Assembly (NCBI RefSeq): GCF_000002075.1
Contig: NW_004797516.1
Span: 450,411-514,410 of the forward strand
DNA: 64,000 nt
Direction: 5' to 3'
Origin: Aplysia californica
Lineage: Eukaryota
The position numbers and the translations under genes are program-made. The notes under the pieces are model-generated. The model worked only from the letters and a program-made list of their open reading frames with translations. It did not search any database and was not told the origin of the DNA. Positions 1-13,347 of this stretch are shown in pieces (the first letter of the stretch is position 1; each line of letters begins with the position of its first letter).

Positions 1-3000
1 ATGAAATAGGGCTGTAGTACCAAACTGAGGAAAAGTTAGTACATTTTATAATATTGCACTAGAAGAATCTGCTGCTCTATTGTATCCTAGTGGCTTTGAT
101 TTTAGCTTCATTTGCAACATTGCTGCAGCAGTCTGGTGGTTTCTGTGGCTTTTCTTAGATCAATGCTTTCAGGTTCAGTAGAATTTTGTATGCTTGCCAT
201 GCTTTCCAGTATTGATCCTTTACTGTCAATAGAGCCATGTTACCTTGTTTCTCACTGTTCTTTATATTGTCGTACTGGAATTTAAAATATTTTTCAGTCT
301 CAAAACTTATGATGTGTGGTGTAAACTAAATTGCCACTTCTGTAACTACCATACAAACGGTTTGACCTCTCTGTTGCCTTATGACTACGACTATATGGGA
401 GCTTAGCTGAAATATATGGGAGCTTAGCTGAAATTCCGCACTGACAGTAGGAACATACACCTCCTGGCAACAAAAGCTTTAAGATTCTGAGTATGAACAC
501 TAGAATTTAGTTCTATTGAAGAAATTAGAAAACATTTTCATTTTTTTGTTTGGGTGAAAAATTGGTAATGGAACAAACATATTTACCACTGTCTCACAAT
601 CGCAGTATTTTTAACCAAATTATCTGCACTGTCTATTAGTTTTGACTCTCTGTATGTGAATGTCCAGAATGTCATTATTTTATATCCTAATGAAAATTAA
701 TATGACTTTCTGGGAAGTCTGTAAATCAAATAATCTCCACGCCTTTCCGTCCTGGCCCTCTGCACACTGCACAGTAGGCCATTTGATGATTGGATTTCAT
801 TTAGTGCCAACCAACTTGGGTTGGGGTTTTTTCACTGTTATACTGTAAATTTGATTCAACTGAATTTATTAAGTAGATGTCTCTTTTCGTCCTTATACTC
901 AAGAATGTGAACAGGTATTCATAACCAGCGTCTGTGGTTAAGCTTTTCTCTGTTACATGTAGAAGATGCGAGTTCGCGGGGATGTTGTATCCATCTCAGC
1001 CCAGGTGTATGTAGGACATGACCACCTTCTAAACAGCTTAAATCAGGTCAATAGGAGAATGAAATATATTATGGTGAAAAAAAAGTACCGTATTAGAATA
1101 GATATCTCTTTTTTTAATATGTTTCAGTTTCATGTAGAATGTGTACAACAAGCATCCATATTCACAGCTTTCATTCCAAGATATTTATGTATAGTTGGGC
1201 TGTTGATACAAAACATCGTGAGATGTGTTTTGTTGTCTCTTGCTGATTGAATTGAGGTAGCAATAGAAACTTTGTGGCGGAAATTAAACTGTGATGTTGT
1301 CTGGAATGTGGTGGGCACCAGCAGTTAGAAGTTGTGATACCGAATTAAAATTTGAGGCAATCTTCACTGTTTGTATTGGTTACTTGGCTAGTGGAGAACT
1401 GTATTTTTACTTTTCTTAACACTGATGGTTTCTTCTCAACCTTTTACAGCCATTTAGTCTTTGAATATTTTTTTCTTTTGTCACTTGTTTTATTTAATTT
1501 TTTTACTGAAAATGCTTGATGAAGTTGCATTTTTGTGAAAAAATTAATTCTTTCCTGCTGTGTGCATGTGAAAGAAAACAAATGAATGTCTGTTTTCTTC
1601 TTTTTCGACAAACTGAGTGCTCATACATTTATGGAAGTATCCTGTTGCCTAAAGATAAATGCAAGCTTTTCGTCATTTCTCAGTCCAAGTCTTGAAAAGA
1701 CTGCACTCAGTGTTTCAATAGGGTTGAGGGCACCCAGTTTTTTTTCTTCCTGTTTCTTTAAGCTTTATTGAATATTTTAAAGTTCTGTTGTGAAATCCTG
1801 TTGTTCTGCCTCTCCTACCATACTACCCGGACTTATTCATCTACAATGCTATCAACATCAGTTTAGGAAAAAAGCGTGAGTCATTTCCCATTCCTCAAAG
1901 AGTGAGATCTAATTTTAGATGGATATTAATGTATGATTGATCCCAATAAGGTAGCTTTATGTTATATATATATGTGATATATGTCTGCCTCTGAGAAAAT
2001 GTGTCAGAAGAGGCAAGAGTTTACTTTGAGATATCAATATCATTAAGAATAGACAGGGAACTTTATTTCTATCTCAAAGGTTTATGAAATGTCAAAAGAG
2101 GAATGCCTTTCCTAAATCTTAAACTTTAAAGGATTTTGATCATCACTATTCTACATATTTCTTACCCAGATAAACACTAATTTTTTTATGAACTGTAGCA
2201 TCCCAAACAAAAAAGAACTTTACATCCTTTCCAGGGGAAAGCTTACGCGCCTGAATGTTGTGTATCAAAAAAGTCAAATGGAATATTTTCTTTTGTTTCA
2301 TTTGTTTTTGCACCCTTATCATTGAATTTGAACAGTTTCAAAGCTCTTCTCCAAAAAATGTTCCTTCAGACCCTATTTTGAAGGGCTCTCACTTCACAAA
2401 TAAGATCTAGTCTAATGACGTCTGAGTAAAGTGCAAAATGCTCATGAAAGATAAATGCCAAAATGTCAGTTTCAAAAGTTTCACCTTCTGACAAGTTTCC
2501 TTAGAGTCGCAGACGCACACATGCGCTCACACACGCACACTCATACTCACATATTTATAAATACGTATGAACAGTTTCTTCAGAAAATGCAACATATCCT
2601 TTTGCTGGTTTTGAGAAAATTGAAGATTTCTATTCTTCATCATCCTGAGCAACTTTGGTTTTAGAGTAAACATGATGCAAGGCTTAATTGGTATTTGCTC
2701 GTTGATGAAGTCTATGTTGTATTCTTATTGATGAGATTTCCACAAATTTTTTTAAAAAACTCGACATATCCACATAAATACAGTAAGTAAGCGAAAGAAC
2801 AGCTGACAAGTTTTCATCAACCACAAGCGAAGTCACGGGACTTGAGGAAAAGAAACTTGATTGGCACGCAGAGGCTATGTCACCATTTGTCTAAAAAAAG
2901 GCAGCCGCTTTTGTATAAAAGATGGTCATCTTTCTTCAGTTTTTTAATGAAAAAAAATCAAGTTTGGTGGGGGAAAAAAGTTGACTCTGGAATGTGCCCC

Positions 3001-3824
3001 ACCTTTCTAGATATATGAAGGTACTAGTTACGGTTAAACTTCGAAAGTGGCGTTTGTCACATTTTGTCGCAAAACTGTTCATATGCATTTCAACAGTTCT
3101 CTGCCGTGTAGTTTCACTGAACTTTGCCTTCAGTGGAATTTTCTTGCCTTACTTGTGTTCAAATTTGTAGATGTGGAGGCAGCTCTGATTGACGGAAGAA
3201 ATTATTTAACAGTCATCATCTGAACTTGGCTTTTTCTGCCTTTTGTACACATCAGTCCAGCTGTTTCTTATACTGGGATTTATTTTGTACTTCAATTTAT
3301 TCATGAGAAAACTTTCTTCAAACTTTTAACTTGATCTACCAGAGTAAGTTTTAGATCCGTATAAAACACATGGTGAAGATGGGTGATTAAGGTGACAGTT
3401 TCTTAAACAACCGTTCACCAATGTTTTGCTGTAGATGTTTTGACACGAAGAGATGGCATTTTTAAGTTAAAGAGAGAGTATTGGGGATGGGAGGCAGTAT
3501 TAGTATTATTCTGAAGCTACAGACGTTGAAATTGTTAAAAATTATGTAGTCTTCATTATTGTTTTTGCAATGTGATGGTGTCTTTTGCTGTTCCCCCTTT
3601 CTTCTGCCATTATGAGCTAAGATAAAACAGGCTACATGAAAATTAATCCTGTCAATGATCACTTCCCTAATCCATGCTTTTGGGCTACTGATTCCAAAAT
3701 GGCCTAAACCTCTATCTCTTTAGCTGTTTTGCAAAGACATTTTGCATAGCAAAGGTAGCAAAATGGTATGACAAAGTAATAATGATCATATTTGCCTTTA
3801 AATAGCACCTATCCATGCTATGCA

Positions 3825-4120
3825 GCGTTCCCTATGCACTTTACAATTATCTGTATCCCAGAAGATCCTAACATACTCAGAAATATTCTAGGCTTTCCAA
3901 GAAGCATACAGTACAGGCAGCCAATTAAGCACTCATTACTAGCAACTTAATTAGATCTTATGCTTTCCATAGCAGGGTACGCATTCCCACCTGAGTGAAG
4001 TGATGAAAAATGATACAGAGTGCTTTTCCCCAAAACACAAAGTCTGACCAATGATGGGGTTCGAACCCACTACCTTTCGGTTGGGAGCCCAACAGCCTAA
4101 CCACTAGACTACTTGCACCA
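3825..4120 (-). mobile_element. tRNA-derived SINE (CORE-like), degraded copy
   Basis: The reverse strand shows an A-box TAGTCTAGTGG and a B-box GGTTCGAACCC, then a CACTTCACTCAGGTGGGAATGCGTACCC block like the copies at 13.0 and 45.1 kb. Confidence 0.65.
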
Positions 4121-7114
4121 CATGGACATCACATAAAGTACTCTTTGTCCAGGCTATTGGCGAATCATTTACCTGTCCCACCACTGTCAGGGTTAGGTCT
4201 GTGACTTCCCTCATTGCTGCTTTCTTCACCAGTCAAACTGTTATCTAAATATAAGCTACGAACGCACTCTGTGGTTCAAATCTCCAGATACTCTCAGTCA
4301 CAGTTGAGAAACAATCTGTTTCATGTTTGAATTTTTTTTCTCAAACACTCTTTCAGACTTCGTTCAAAGAAGCTGTTTAGAATGTCATTTAGCAGCCTGT
4401 CCCAAATCATCTGAATTTTGTGAACAAAGCTGAGAAATCCTTAGTTACTTGCTGTTACTATATACTATATGATGCTGGATCTATTATATCAACAATTATG
4501 CTGGAACCGATTAATTTAAGGTGCTCAAAATGGTTGCGATCATAGTTTCTTTGATTTATCTTTACAGAACAAGATCTCTGTAGTTTTGGATGAGAAATGA
4601 TTCTTTTCCCTGTTTCAGTTTAGTGTTGGCTGATTTGTTGTTATGGGTTTTGTCGGAGGGGGNNNNNNNNNNNNNNNNNNNNNNNNNNNNNNNNNNNNNN
4701 NNNNNNNNNNNNNNNNNNNNNNNNNNNNNNNNNNNNNNNNNNNNNNNNNNNNNNNNNNNNNNNNNNNNNNNNNNNNNNNNNNNNNNNNNNNNNNNNNNNN
4801 NNNNNNNNNNNNNNNNNNNNNNNNNNNNNNNNNNNNNNNGGGGGAGTTTAATGTGTGGATGGGTGAGTGAGTTAGTATGTGTGTGTGTGTGTGTGTGTGT
4901 GTATGCGCACAAGCACATACACAACACATAGATGTACATAAATGCATGAGTGAGTGAGTATTTTTATTCATAATCATTTCAACTGCTTATTGTAAGACTC
5001 CGTGATACGGCACTGTTCAGAATGGCATAAAGCAGTCTTACACTAAGCTGTCAATTTGTGGATGTTGAATATGCATGATTTTATCTGTGCATTTTTGTGA
5101 TTGTGATTTATCAAAACATATTCATGGTTTTTTTATATATAGATCTACACCAACACTCTGCTGCGCTTACTACTGTTTGCATAGGAGTTTGTAGATTGAA
5201 GAATATTATGACGAAGTTGTTTTTTTTTTTCTTTTGTTTTTTTTTTAAGTCTTGTTGATAAACCATAGAGATGTCTTGTATTATTATTCACATACGGTAC
5301 GTTTCATTCCATTAAAAAAATCTTGACTGATTTGATGATATAATTATCTACAAAAGAACTTCCTTTTGTATTTTCACCTCCTTTAGATTTGATATAGTAA
5401 AGGTTGACGACACACAGTCAACTGTAGTGTAATGGTTTGATTCTTTCCTGCTGCACGCAATTTGTACATTGGTAAGTTATTTTATCGAGTGTTTCCATCT
5501 GTAAGCATTGATGTGAATTCCGCTCTGCCTGTACATATTGGCCCTGACAGGCGGAGCAGAGGAGCCAACCTCTTTAATAATCTAAATTGTATCAATGGGT
5601 ATATAAAACATATACTATGCGCAAAATATGTTAGCGCTTCTTGTTAAAAGAGCTAAAGCCAATATCTTTGGTAACCTTTCGTAAATTGATTTAACTTTCT
5701 ACATCTTCAAGGGAAAAAAAGGCAGGTTTGATTTGCTAAAGACAAAAACAATAGCGTAACTATAACAAGGAGGCATCCTTTCTGGTACTGGTATAATGCT
5801 GTTTTAATAGGCAGACTTTCAGTTTATGCCTGTTCTTTGGTCTTAAAAAGATGTGTGGCAGGGGGGGTAGTTGCTCTGATCAAAGTGTGGCTCAAAATAT
5901 TCAGGTCAATTTCTTCAATAACTGAGTACACTTAGCAAATCAATTCTTTACATCTTTTCTTTATTATAAATCTTATTTGTTATCCTGGCTTCCATAAGGT
6001 TGAGAAGTATTTCTGTTTTGCAGTTCATATCAAGAGAACATGTTCTCTATAGGCAACATGCTGTGTAGATTTGTACTCAGAAGGCATCTGTTCAAACTAG
6101 TTTGATGCCATGACAAGGAAAGCCGATTTATTTACATTGAGATTGGGGGGCATTAAAGATTGTGCACTAGCAAACAATGTGCTATAACAAGTACCATCAG
6201 CTTTTCTCTGGCTGCACAGTCTCATCATAATGTATGTCTAGTTTTTTATGCAGTTTTAAGTATATTATTATGCATTGCTTTTTAACCTTCGTTTGTCTTT
6301 ATTTTTTAAAGCATTTTAATGCTGCTGGGTGTTGTGAAATTATGTCTTTCTAAATGGTTTTGACTCAGACGTGTTTCTTTTGTTACAAAGTTTGTTTGAA
6401 TATCATGCAACGCTCTTCATTGTGATAAATTTACCATGAAGAAATCAGATTGAAGTAAAGTTTTTAAAACATCGACTTTAAATCTATAGTTGCTTGTTTT
6501 TGCAGTTGTGTTTTTTTGTGTATATGGGGGGCTGGGGAGGGTAAGGTTGTTTGTTTTTGGGGTTTTTTCGCTCAGCTGTTTCTTTTTCTTTCTTTTCTTT
6601 TTTTTTGGTAGTGAATGCAGATTTTGTTGCTCCTGGTGTGCCCTGCTTGTGGTGGTAGGTCCAGTCTCTTGTCAATACACATATTTTCTTTAACTTTTAA
6701 TTCTTGGCTGATTTGGCCCTACTGTGGAAAATAATGGCGCCTTTTGAAATGAAGTCTGCCTGCCCTTTACTTTCTTCAGTTGGAGCCTCCAAAATAACGC
6801 TGAAACTGTTAATATCAATTCTTGTGCCATTTTTCTAGAACATTTGCTTGTGATAACCAAAATTAATCAGTAAAAGTTGCTCACAAGAAATGATACGAGC
6901 TTTGAAAATATCTCTGTGCCCAAATAATGTAATACGTATCATCACGTTGAAAAGACAAACGATGAGTAAACAATACAGTGGCAAACTTTCTCTTGCAATG
7001 TTCAAGTAACCTTCCTGTGCTGTAAAAGAAGGAGTGATGTGTCATATTATTCTGATAGGTCATTACATCACGCCTCACACAAAAGCAGAATTGCAGTTGT
7101 TTTCTGACTCTAGT

Positions 7115-7472
7115 GGCGGGTGGTTGGCGAGTGCTTTGGTGTGGTTTGCTCCTTCTTTCCTGGCATACATCGTCCTGATCTATCCTTCTTTTTTGTGTTT
7201 GTTACTCTTGTAACATCTCTAATCTTCGGCGTGGGTGGTTGGCGGGTGCTCTGGTGTGGTTTGCTCCTTCTTTCCTATCACACATCTATCGTCCTGATCT
7301 CTCCTCCTTTCTTATGTTAGTTACTCTCTTGTAACACCTCTAATCTTCGGCATTCATATGACCGTATGCAGTTGCGAGCGCCATAAAACCTCTACTGAAA
7401 CTAAAACTAATCTTCGGCACTCATGTGACCTAATTGTGTAGCAAGTGCCGAAAACTCTTACTAAAACTAAAA
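7115..7472 (+). mobile_element. Tandem copies of a ~180-bp short retroposon with a LINE-derived 3' stem-loop and (ACTAAA)n tail
   Basis: GGGTGGTTGGCGGGTGCTCTGGTGTGGTTTGC...CATATGACC...GCAGTTGCGAGCGCC..AAAAC. Same family as the copies at 20310, 43846, 46135-46308 (-) and 50076. Confidence 0.8.
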
Positions 7473-8393
7473 GTCCTCACTCTAGTGGAACTTGCATTGA
7501 TTTCTGGAAGCTGTGCGAGTGGTTAGAGGGTGCCACTATCAAGTCCTGCTTTTGCACTTTTCCTCTGTTGTTTCTGTCCGTCTTACTTTTTCTAGCTCTA
7601 AAATATGACCTTATTAAATTGTGCCTTCTCTCTTTATTCAAACAAACAACAAACAAAACAAGCTGGGTACTGTTTAGATTTATATTTATACGTGTATTTA
7701 CAAAACGATTCTCTTTGAAATTTCTCGATAAAAACAAACAAACGGAAACTGCTTCTTCCGAAGCATGAAAAACGTCGTATTGTGAAGACAATCACAACGA
7801 TGCATTGATAAGACTACTTCAATTTTCTGATGTGATATCGAGCTATAAGCTCTTATTGTCGGTTCCTCTGGTGTTACTGTTACGCTCTTCGCTTTTGCAT
7901 AATCTAGAGAATTCTGAATACATGTTTTTGAGTCGTGGGGGATTTCGTTTTTAAAAATCCTATTATACTGATGTAAAGGACTTTGAACGTACCCCTCCCC
8001 TACCCATCTTCCCCTAAAAACTGCTCAGATCAAAGTGACAGTAGAATATTGGAGTATTGATGGCAAACATTAAGAGAATGCACTGTTCGTCTTCATCTAA
8101 TTCATCCTGAGGCCTTGACAATTTGTAAAATTAACGCGTCATCAATTTGAAATGAAGCATGTCGGCCCGATGTGCGTCAAATTTGACAATATTCTAACAA
8201 AAAAATGACTGTTCGACCTCACGGTAAGTATAATAGGCCTACACGGGCTTTAAAAAAGGAGAGAATGGAAGGCAAAGTCAAGCTCCCTATATTATAGTGA
8301 TCTAAGATAAGATAAGATAATAATAATATACATCTTTATTGTCCAGATCCTGGCACATTGGTTTGGTGTTTCACTACGTACACGCTTGCATAT

Positions 8394-8395
<2 letters not shown>

Positions 8396-8448
<53 letters not shown>

Positions 8449-8480
8449 ACACACACACATACACACACACACACACTCAC
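8396..8480. repeat. (CA)n microsatellite
   Basis: About 40 CA units with few interruptions. Confidence 0.95.
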
Positions 8481-8624
8481 GTACATTTGGATTTAGGAGC
8501 AGCTTTGTCATTCAGTAGTATGAAACGAGTACAAAAAGCGTGTAATTAGCAACCTATAAATGGGTGCTCCTGTGAATCTTCCCTTTCCTACACTTTTTCT
8601 TTCCCACAGTGCCGGAGCTCAGCT

Positions 8625-9070
8625 GTTGTTGTGTAGGTAAAGGTAACGGCGGTGTTCGCATCTCATTCAATAGGTCCCAGGTTCGAAACCCGACAGCGAC
8701 GGTAAATTTTCTTCTCTAAAATGTTTCTCCTTTCATCTCCTTCCCTCCTGTCAAACCATGTAGTGTGGTCTGCTTTCGTCTCCACTTTCTGCTCTCCCCC
8801 CACCCTGCCCCCTCCTCTACTGCTACTCCTTAGCTCCTAATTCTTATTGCTGTCTTTCAGCTTAACCCCTGATCTTAGGATAGGAAAGATCTAACACATG
8901 CCTTCTCGTGAAAGGGCGTAAAATCTCGGAAGTCCTGAGTACAAGTTGCGCAGGTTAAAGATTCCTTTGGTGGTCCAATATCGATAAGAGTAGGCTTTGG
9001 CCGCCACGTACCCGAGCAAAATTCAAAATTAATTCCTAACAAACTGAAAATATTGTGTCCCGCGCGCTAC
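8625..9070 (+). mobile_element. tRNA-derived SINE, second family (Deu/Nin-like GTTAAAGATCCC block)
   Basis: B-box GGTTCGAAACC, a pyrimidine-rich body and GTTAAAGATTCC...GATAAGAGTAGGC. Related inverted copies at 34030-34490 and 9760-9950. Confidence 0.7.
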
Positions 9071-11625
9071 TATGAAACACTTTCCGAAAAAAAAAGTGCC
9101 GGATTTGAATCAGACGTCGGCGATCAGCTCTAGTTCACCATGCATTTCTCCGCAAGGAATTAATAAGCTGCATCTGTTCGGTTTTCCAGTAGAATAGGTC
9201 TTGTTCTACCCCTGCCTCGTTAGCCTTCCATCCTTTCCACCAGTTAGAGCAAGATATTCAAGGCCTCAGGCCTTTCGGAAACTGCGCTGTTTGCCTCTGG
9301 TCCATAATGAAATTCTTGAGGCTTCTCTATATAATTATTTCAACTGTCTTTTTTTTTGNNNNNNNNNNNNNNNNNNNNNNNNNNNNNNNNNNNNNNNNNN
9401 NNNNNNNNNNNNNNNNNNNNNNNNNNNNNNNNNNNNNNNNNNNNNNNNNNNNNNNNNNGAGGCTACACTTAATCTTTTAGAACCTGTTTTGGTAGTTATT
9501 GAGGTGTTTTTAATTTTTCAGGATTTCACTTCTCATTAATTTATTGAAACTGGCATTAAAATTAAAGTCATATTATAGCTATTGGAATTCTTCAATTTCT
9601 GCGGAACATTTGGCGTCAGGGGTAATTATACTACTAATTATATATATCCTCGATATTTAAACTGTCGGACTTGTTTTGATCTTTTTGCCTTTGTTTATGA
9701 GAAGAATTGGCTATAGATCTATAGATCTGTTAGGCCTATAATGTAATGTTGAAAAACAGCACTGATCGGGAAGGAGCTATAATAAAGAGTAGCAGTAGAA
9801 AGGCAGAGGAAAATGTCAGAGCCCAGTGGAAAAAAATGGGGGGGGGGGGGGGGGGTTGAGACAAAAGAAGACGACAGAGCGTGATTATAGAGAGCAGGAA
9901 AGGTGGAATGAGAAAATCATTTTAGAGAAGATTTTTTTTCATTGTCGCTGTCAGAGGTGAGCAGTACCTATCTGGACAACCGAGAGCACTGTCTGGATCA
10001 TACATCACGCCCTTGCCTAACTCTGTTTTTGGCCTACAAGTAGGCCTGCGTATATAAAGGAGGTGGGGGTACTTAATGTACTAAATTTTAATTCGTTGTA
10101 GTAGGTAGGCTATTATGTGCCTAATTAGATCCTTTCCATTTAAGTCTCAATATCTTCCAAATTTTAAAATAAAATTAATCACATCTAACTTTACCAAAGA
10201 GCCTTTGAATAATCAACGAAACATAAATATTCATCTAGATCTCTGTACTTCAATACTTCTTTTCCATTAGCTTTTCGGGTACCCTTGTTTGAAGAAAACC
10301 TATTTCTATTTTGAGTTATAAATTAAAATATTATAATATTATGTTGCCAATGAATTCTTGTTCTTCCGAACACCGTAGATCACCTACAGTGTAACAGCTT
10401 TGGCTATTGCCAATGTCTCCAAACACTCCTGGGCCCTCAAAAACACGATTTGCCCAGGTCGCCCAAATAAACAAAGACACAAAAAGAGGGCAATCCTAAC
10501 AAGAGCAGTCAGGTCAATGCCCCCAAGTTCTCCCCGCGCCCCGAATTGCCCGATTACCCTAGTGCACTTTGCGACCACTGGCCACTTGCCCTAATTTTCG
10601 AAGAATCGAAGAAGTTGCAGGTCAAGGGTCATGCCCCCACTGTAAAGGTGTATGCCCAAAAGGCCCACGGATAAAAAGTGCAGGAGAACGACTTATCGCA
10701 GCTCGCTTATTTTGGTAAACACTAGTGAATTACGATTTCTCGTACAACAGATGTATATTATGTTGAAGACACATAATGAGCGTGCATGACATTATTTGAA
10801 ATGCGTAACATGATATACAATGATTGCACCCCCCCCCCCCCATTTTATGGGTACTATTATCGTTTCAATTTGTTTTCACTTCTTACCTATACAGGGTTCA
10901 AACAAAAACTTACAAAGCTCCATTTTTCCTCGTGTGCGATCAGGTGGGCTCGAGACATGATTCCCCCCCCCCCCCCCCCACACCCAGGAACTGATCTGAC
11001 CACGATGTCACTTGCGTACAGTTAGTAACGTCAGAAAAAGCTGGCACCCTGAACCTCACCCTCTGGCCTCTGGCCCTAGCCTAGCAGTCAGCGACCCAAC
11101 CACCAATCATCCTCGTCTCACGTGCCAAGAGCGAGCGACACTGCACACTGCACACAGACAGACATGACCTCAGAAGAATCAGCTGGGAGTGTGTGTGGCT
11201 CAGTTCGTGACCTCGCACGCAGCGTGTTGAGGACCTGAGGAAACAAACGTTCATGGAATCGCCTCATGGAATAGGCCTAGTGTGTTGTGTAAAATCTCAT
11301 TGTCGGTAGTCTACACTACAAAGAGAACGTGAAAGGTGAAAGTTCGGACACTTCAGTTGTTTAGGAGACATCAGCCCAAGTTTCTTTAATAATATAATAC
11401 TATATTTTCGGTCTCGTGGTATAATACAGTACGAGTACGTGACTCGTGAGTGTGTTTGTGAGGCAAAATATGATCCATTGGACTGTCTGAGAATGTTTTC
11501 TCTCTTCTGAAAATTAAAATTTTCTTAGCTCCGACTCGTTTTGTGGCGTTTGGCCCATTAAGTTGTGGCTAGTGGCGAGGTTATTTTCAGGAAGAAGACC
11601 ACTGGACACTGTTGTGGTTTCCAAT

Positions 11626-12068
11626 ATGAATTGTGTCTTACATAATGTGGCCCGGGCTTTTAGATCACGGGGACAATTGGCCAAGGCGCCACTTTGTTCT
11701 CCTACAGTATTATTGCAGTCTGTGATAAATCAAAATGTATGGTCTTCTGTACCTTGTTGTTGTACATGTTCAGAGCAGCTGAGGACGCAATTCTCTGTCA
11801 GACACAGATCTACGACATCTATAAAGACAAAGATGAGTGAACCACTAACTCGAAGTCATCAGAACTTGGATCTCATGCCTAAGGAGGCCCAGACTGTCAA
11901 TGTGGGTGAATCTGATGGTTGGCTTAACATCGGACAATACAGTGTCTTCGCCTGGAGTGTTTCTGGAGTAGAAAGCTGTATTGTGATCAAGTCAGAAGAT
12001 GTCCATATTGTTTTTGATATGGGTGTTGCTGTTCCAGAGAGCGTTCGAGGCATGAATGTTTTCATTAC
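11626..12068 (+). CDS. tRNase Z short form (TM-type), coding exon 1 of 5
   Basis: ATG at 11626 and a second in-frame ATG at 11833. Encodes AWSVSGVESC and VFDMG (motif I), ending VFIT at donor AC|GTAAGT (phase 2). Joining to exon 2 creates the motif II sequence T-HGHVDH. Confidence 0.88.
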
Positions 12069-12078
12069 GTAAGTAACC

Positions 12079-12158
12079 TAGAATCTAGATCTAGATCTAG
12101 ATCTAGAATCTAGTCTATTCTAGCTTCTAGATCTAGATTAGATCTAGATATCTAGCTA
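12079..12158. repeat. (TAGATC)n-type self-complementary simple repeat
   Basis: A CTAGATCTAGATCTAGATCTAG array starts about 10 bp after the tRNase Z exon-1 donor. Confidence 0.9.
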
Positions 12159-13016
12159 GCACTTCCCCCTGTTCTTTACCCCCTCCACTCTCTCTCTCTC
12201 TCTCTCTCTCTNNNNNNNNNNNNNNNNNNNNNNNNNNNNNNNNNNNNNNNNNNNNNNNNNNNNNNNNNNNNNNNNNNNNNNNNNNNNNNNNNNNNNNNNN
12301 NNNNNNNNNNNNNNNNNNNNNNNNNNNNNNNNNNNNNNNNNNNNNNNNNNNNNNNNNNNNNNNNNNNNNNNNNNNNNNNNNNNNNNNNNNNNNNNNNNNN
12401 NNNNNNNNNNNNNNNNNNNNNNNNNNNNNNNNNNNNNNNNNNNNNNNNNNNNNNNNNNNNNNNNNNNNNNNNNNNNNNNNNNNNNNNNNNNNNNNNNNNN
12501 NNNNNNNNNNNNNNNNNNNNNNNNNNNNNNNNNNNNNNNNNNNNNNNNNNNNNNNNNNNNNNNNNNNNNNNNNNNNNNNNNNNNNNNNNNNNNNNNNNNN
12601 NNNNNNNNNNNNNNNNNNNNNNNNNNNNNNNNNNNNNNNNNNNNNNNNNNNNNNNNNNNNNNNNNNNNNNNNNNNNNNNNNNNNNNNNNNNNNNNNNNNN
12701 NNNNNNNNNNNNNNNNNNNNNNNNNNNNNNNNNNNNNNNNNNNNNNNNNNNNNNNNNNNNNNNNNNNNNNNNNNNNNNNNNNNNNNNNNNNNNNNNNNNN
12801 NNNNNNNNNNNNNNNNNNNNNNNNNNNNNNNNNNNNNNNNNNNNNNNNNNNNNNNNNNNNNNNGGGGGGGGAAGGACATCTGGACCTCTGATGCTGGCAC
12901 ATCACTAAAACCAGGGACACCTGTCAAACATGAAACATCAGCAGACATGAGAACAAGTACTTTTGATTAATTGAAAAATAGAACATGCTCAAGGAACATA
13001 CTAACCCATTATAATC

Positions 13017-13347
13017 AGTCGGTGGCCTAGTGGTTACGCTCTCAGACTCGCAACCGTAAGGTCGCGGATTCGAATCCCGTCCTTGGGAAAATCACTTTGC
13101 ACAAATTTTCCTCACTTCACCTAGGTGAAAATGGGTACCCGGCTATAGACAGCGAAAGATCTTGTCAGTTTGATAGTGTTGAACGCCTGAAATCCGCAGC
13201 TTGCACTGTATGCTTCCTCGGAAGCTGAGAATGTTTCTGAGTTGTCTCAGAGGGTCTGTTGGGGAAATAATAGTTGTAAAGCGCATAGAGCATGCTCTTG
13301 AGCATGGATATGCGCTATATAAATGCAATTATTATTATTATTATTAT
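13017..13347 (+). mobile_element. tRNA-derived SINE with CORE-like central domain and (ATT)n tail, in tRNase Z intron 1
   Basis: A-box GGTGGCCTAGTGG, B-box GATTCGAATCC, central CCTTGGGAAAATCACTTT...AAATGGGTACC, and an ATT tail. Paralogous to 45073-45378. Confidence 0.8.

Noticed and set aside
1-4620. Possible decayed minus-strand coding sequence (purine-rich stretches; exon-like 4173-4245 with AG/GT ends)
   Set aside because: Frequent stops in all frames, no recognisable domain, and no consistent exon chain could be built.
12133-12948. Long ORFs spanning N-runs (also 4562-4977, 56864-57239, 58922-59356)
   Set aside because: Artefacts of assembly gaps translated as X.
13017-13085. tRNA gene (also about 4050-4120, 8640-8700, 34420-34490, 45075-45135)
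   Set aside because: A/B boxes are present but run directly into SINE bodies and tails repeated elsewhere, with no clean cloverleaf or terminator.
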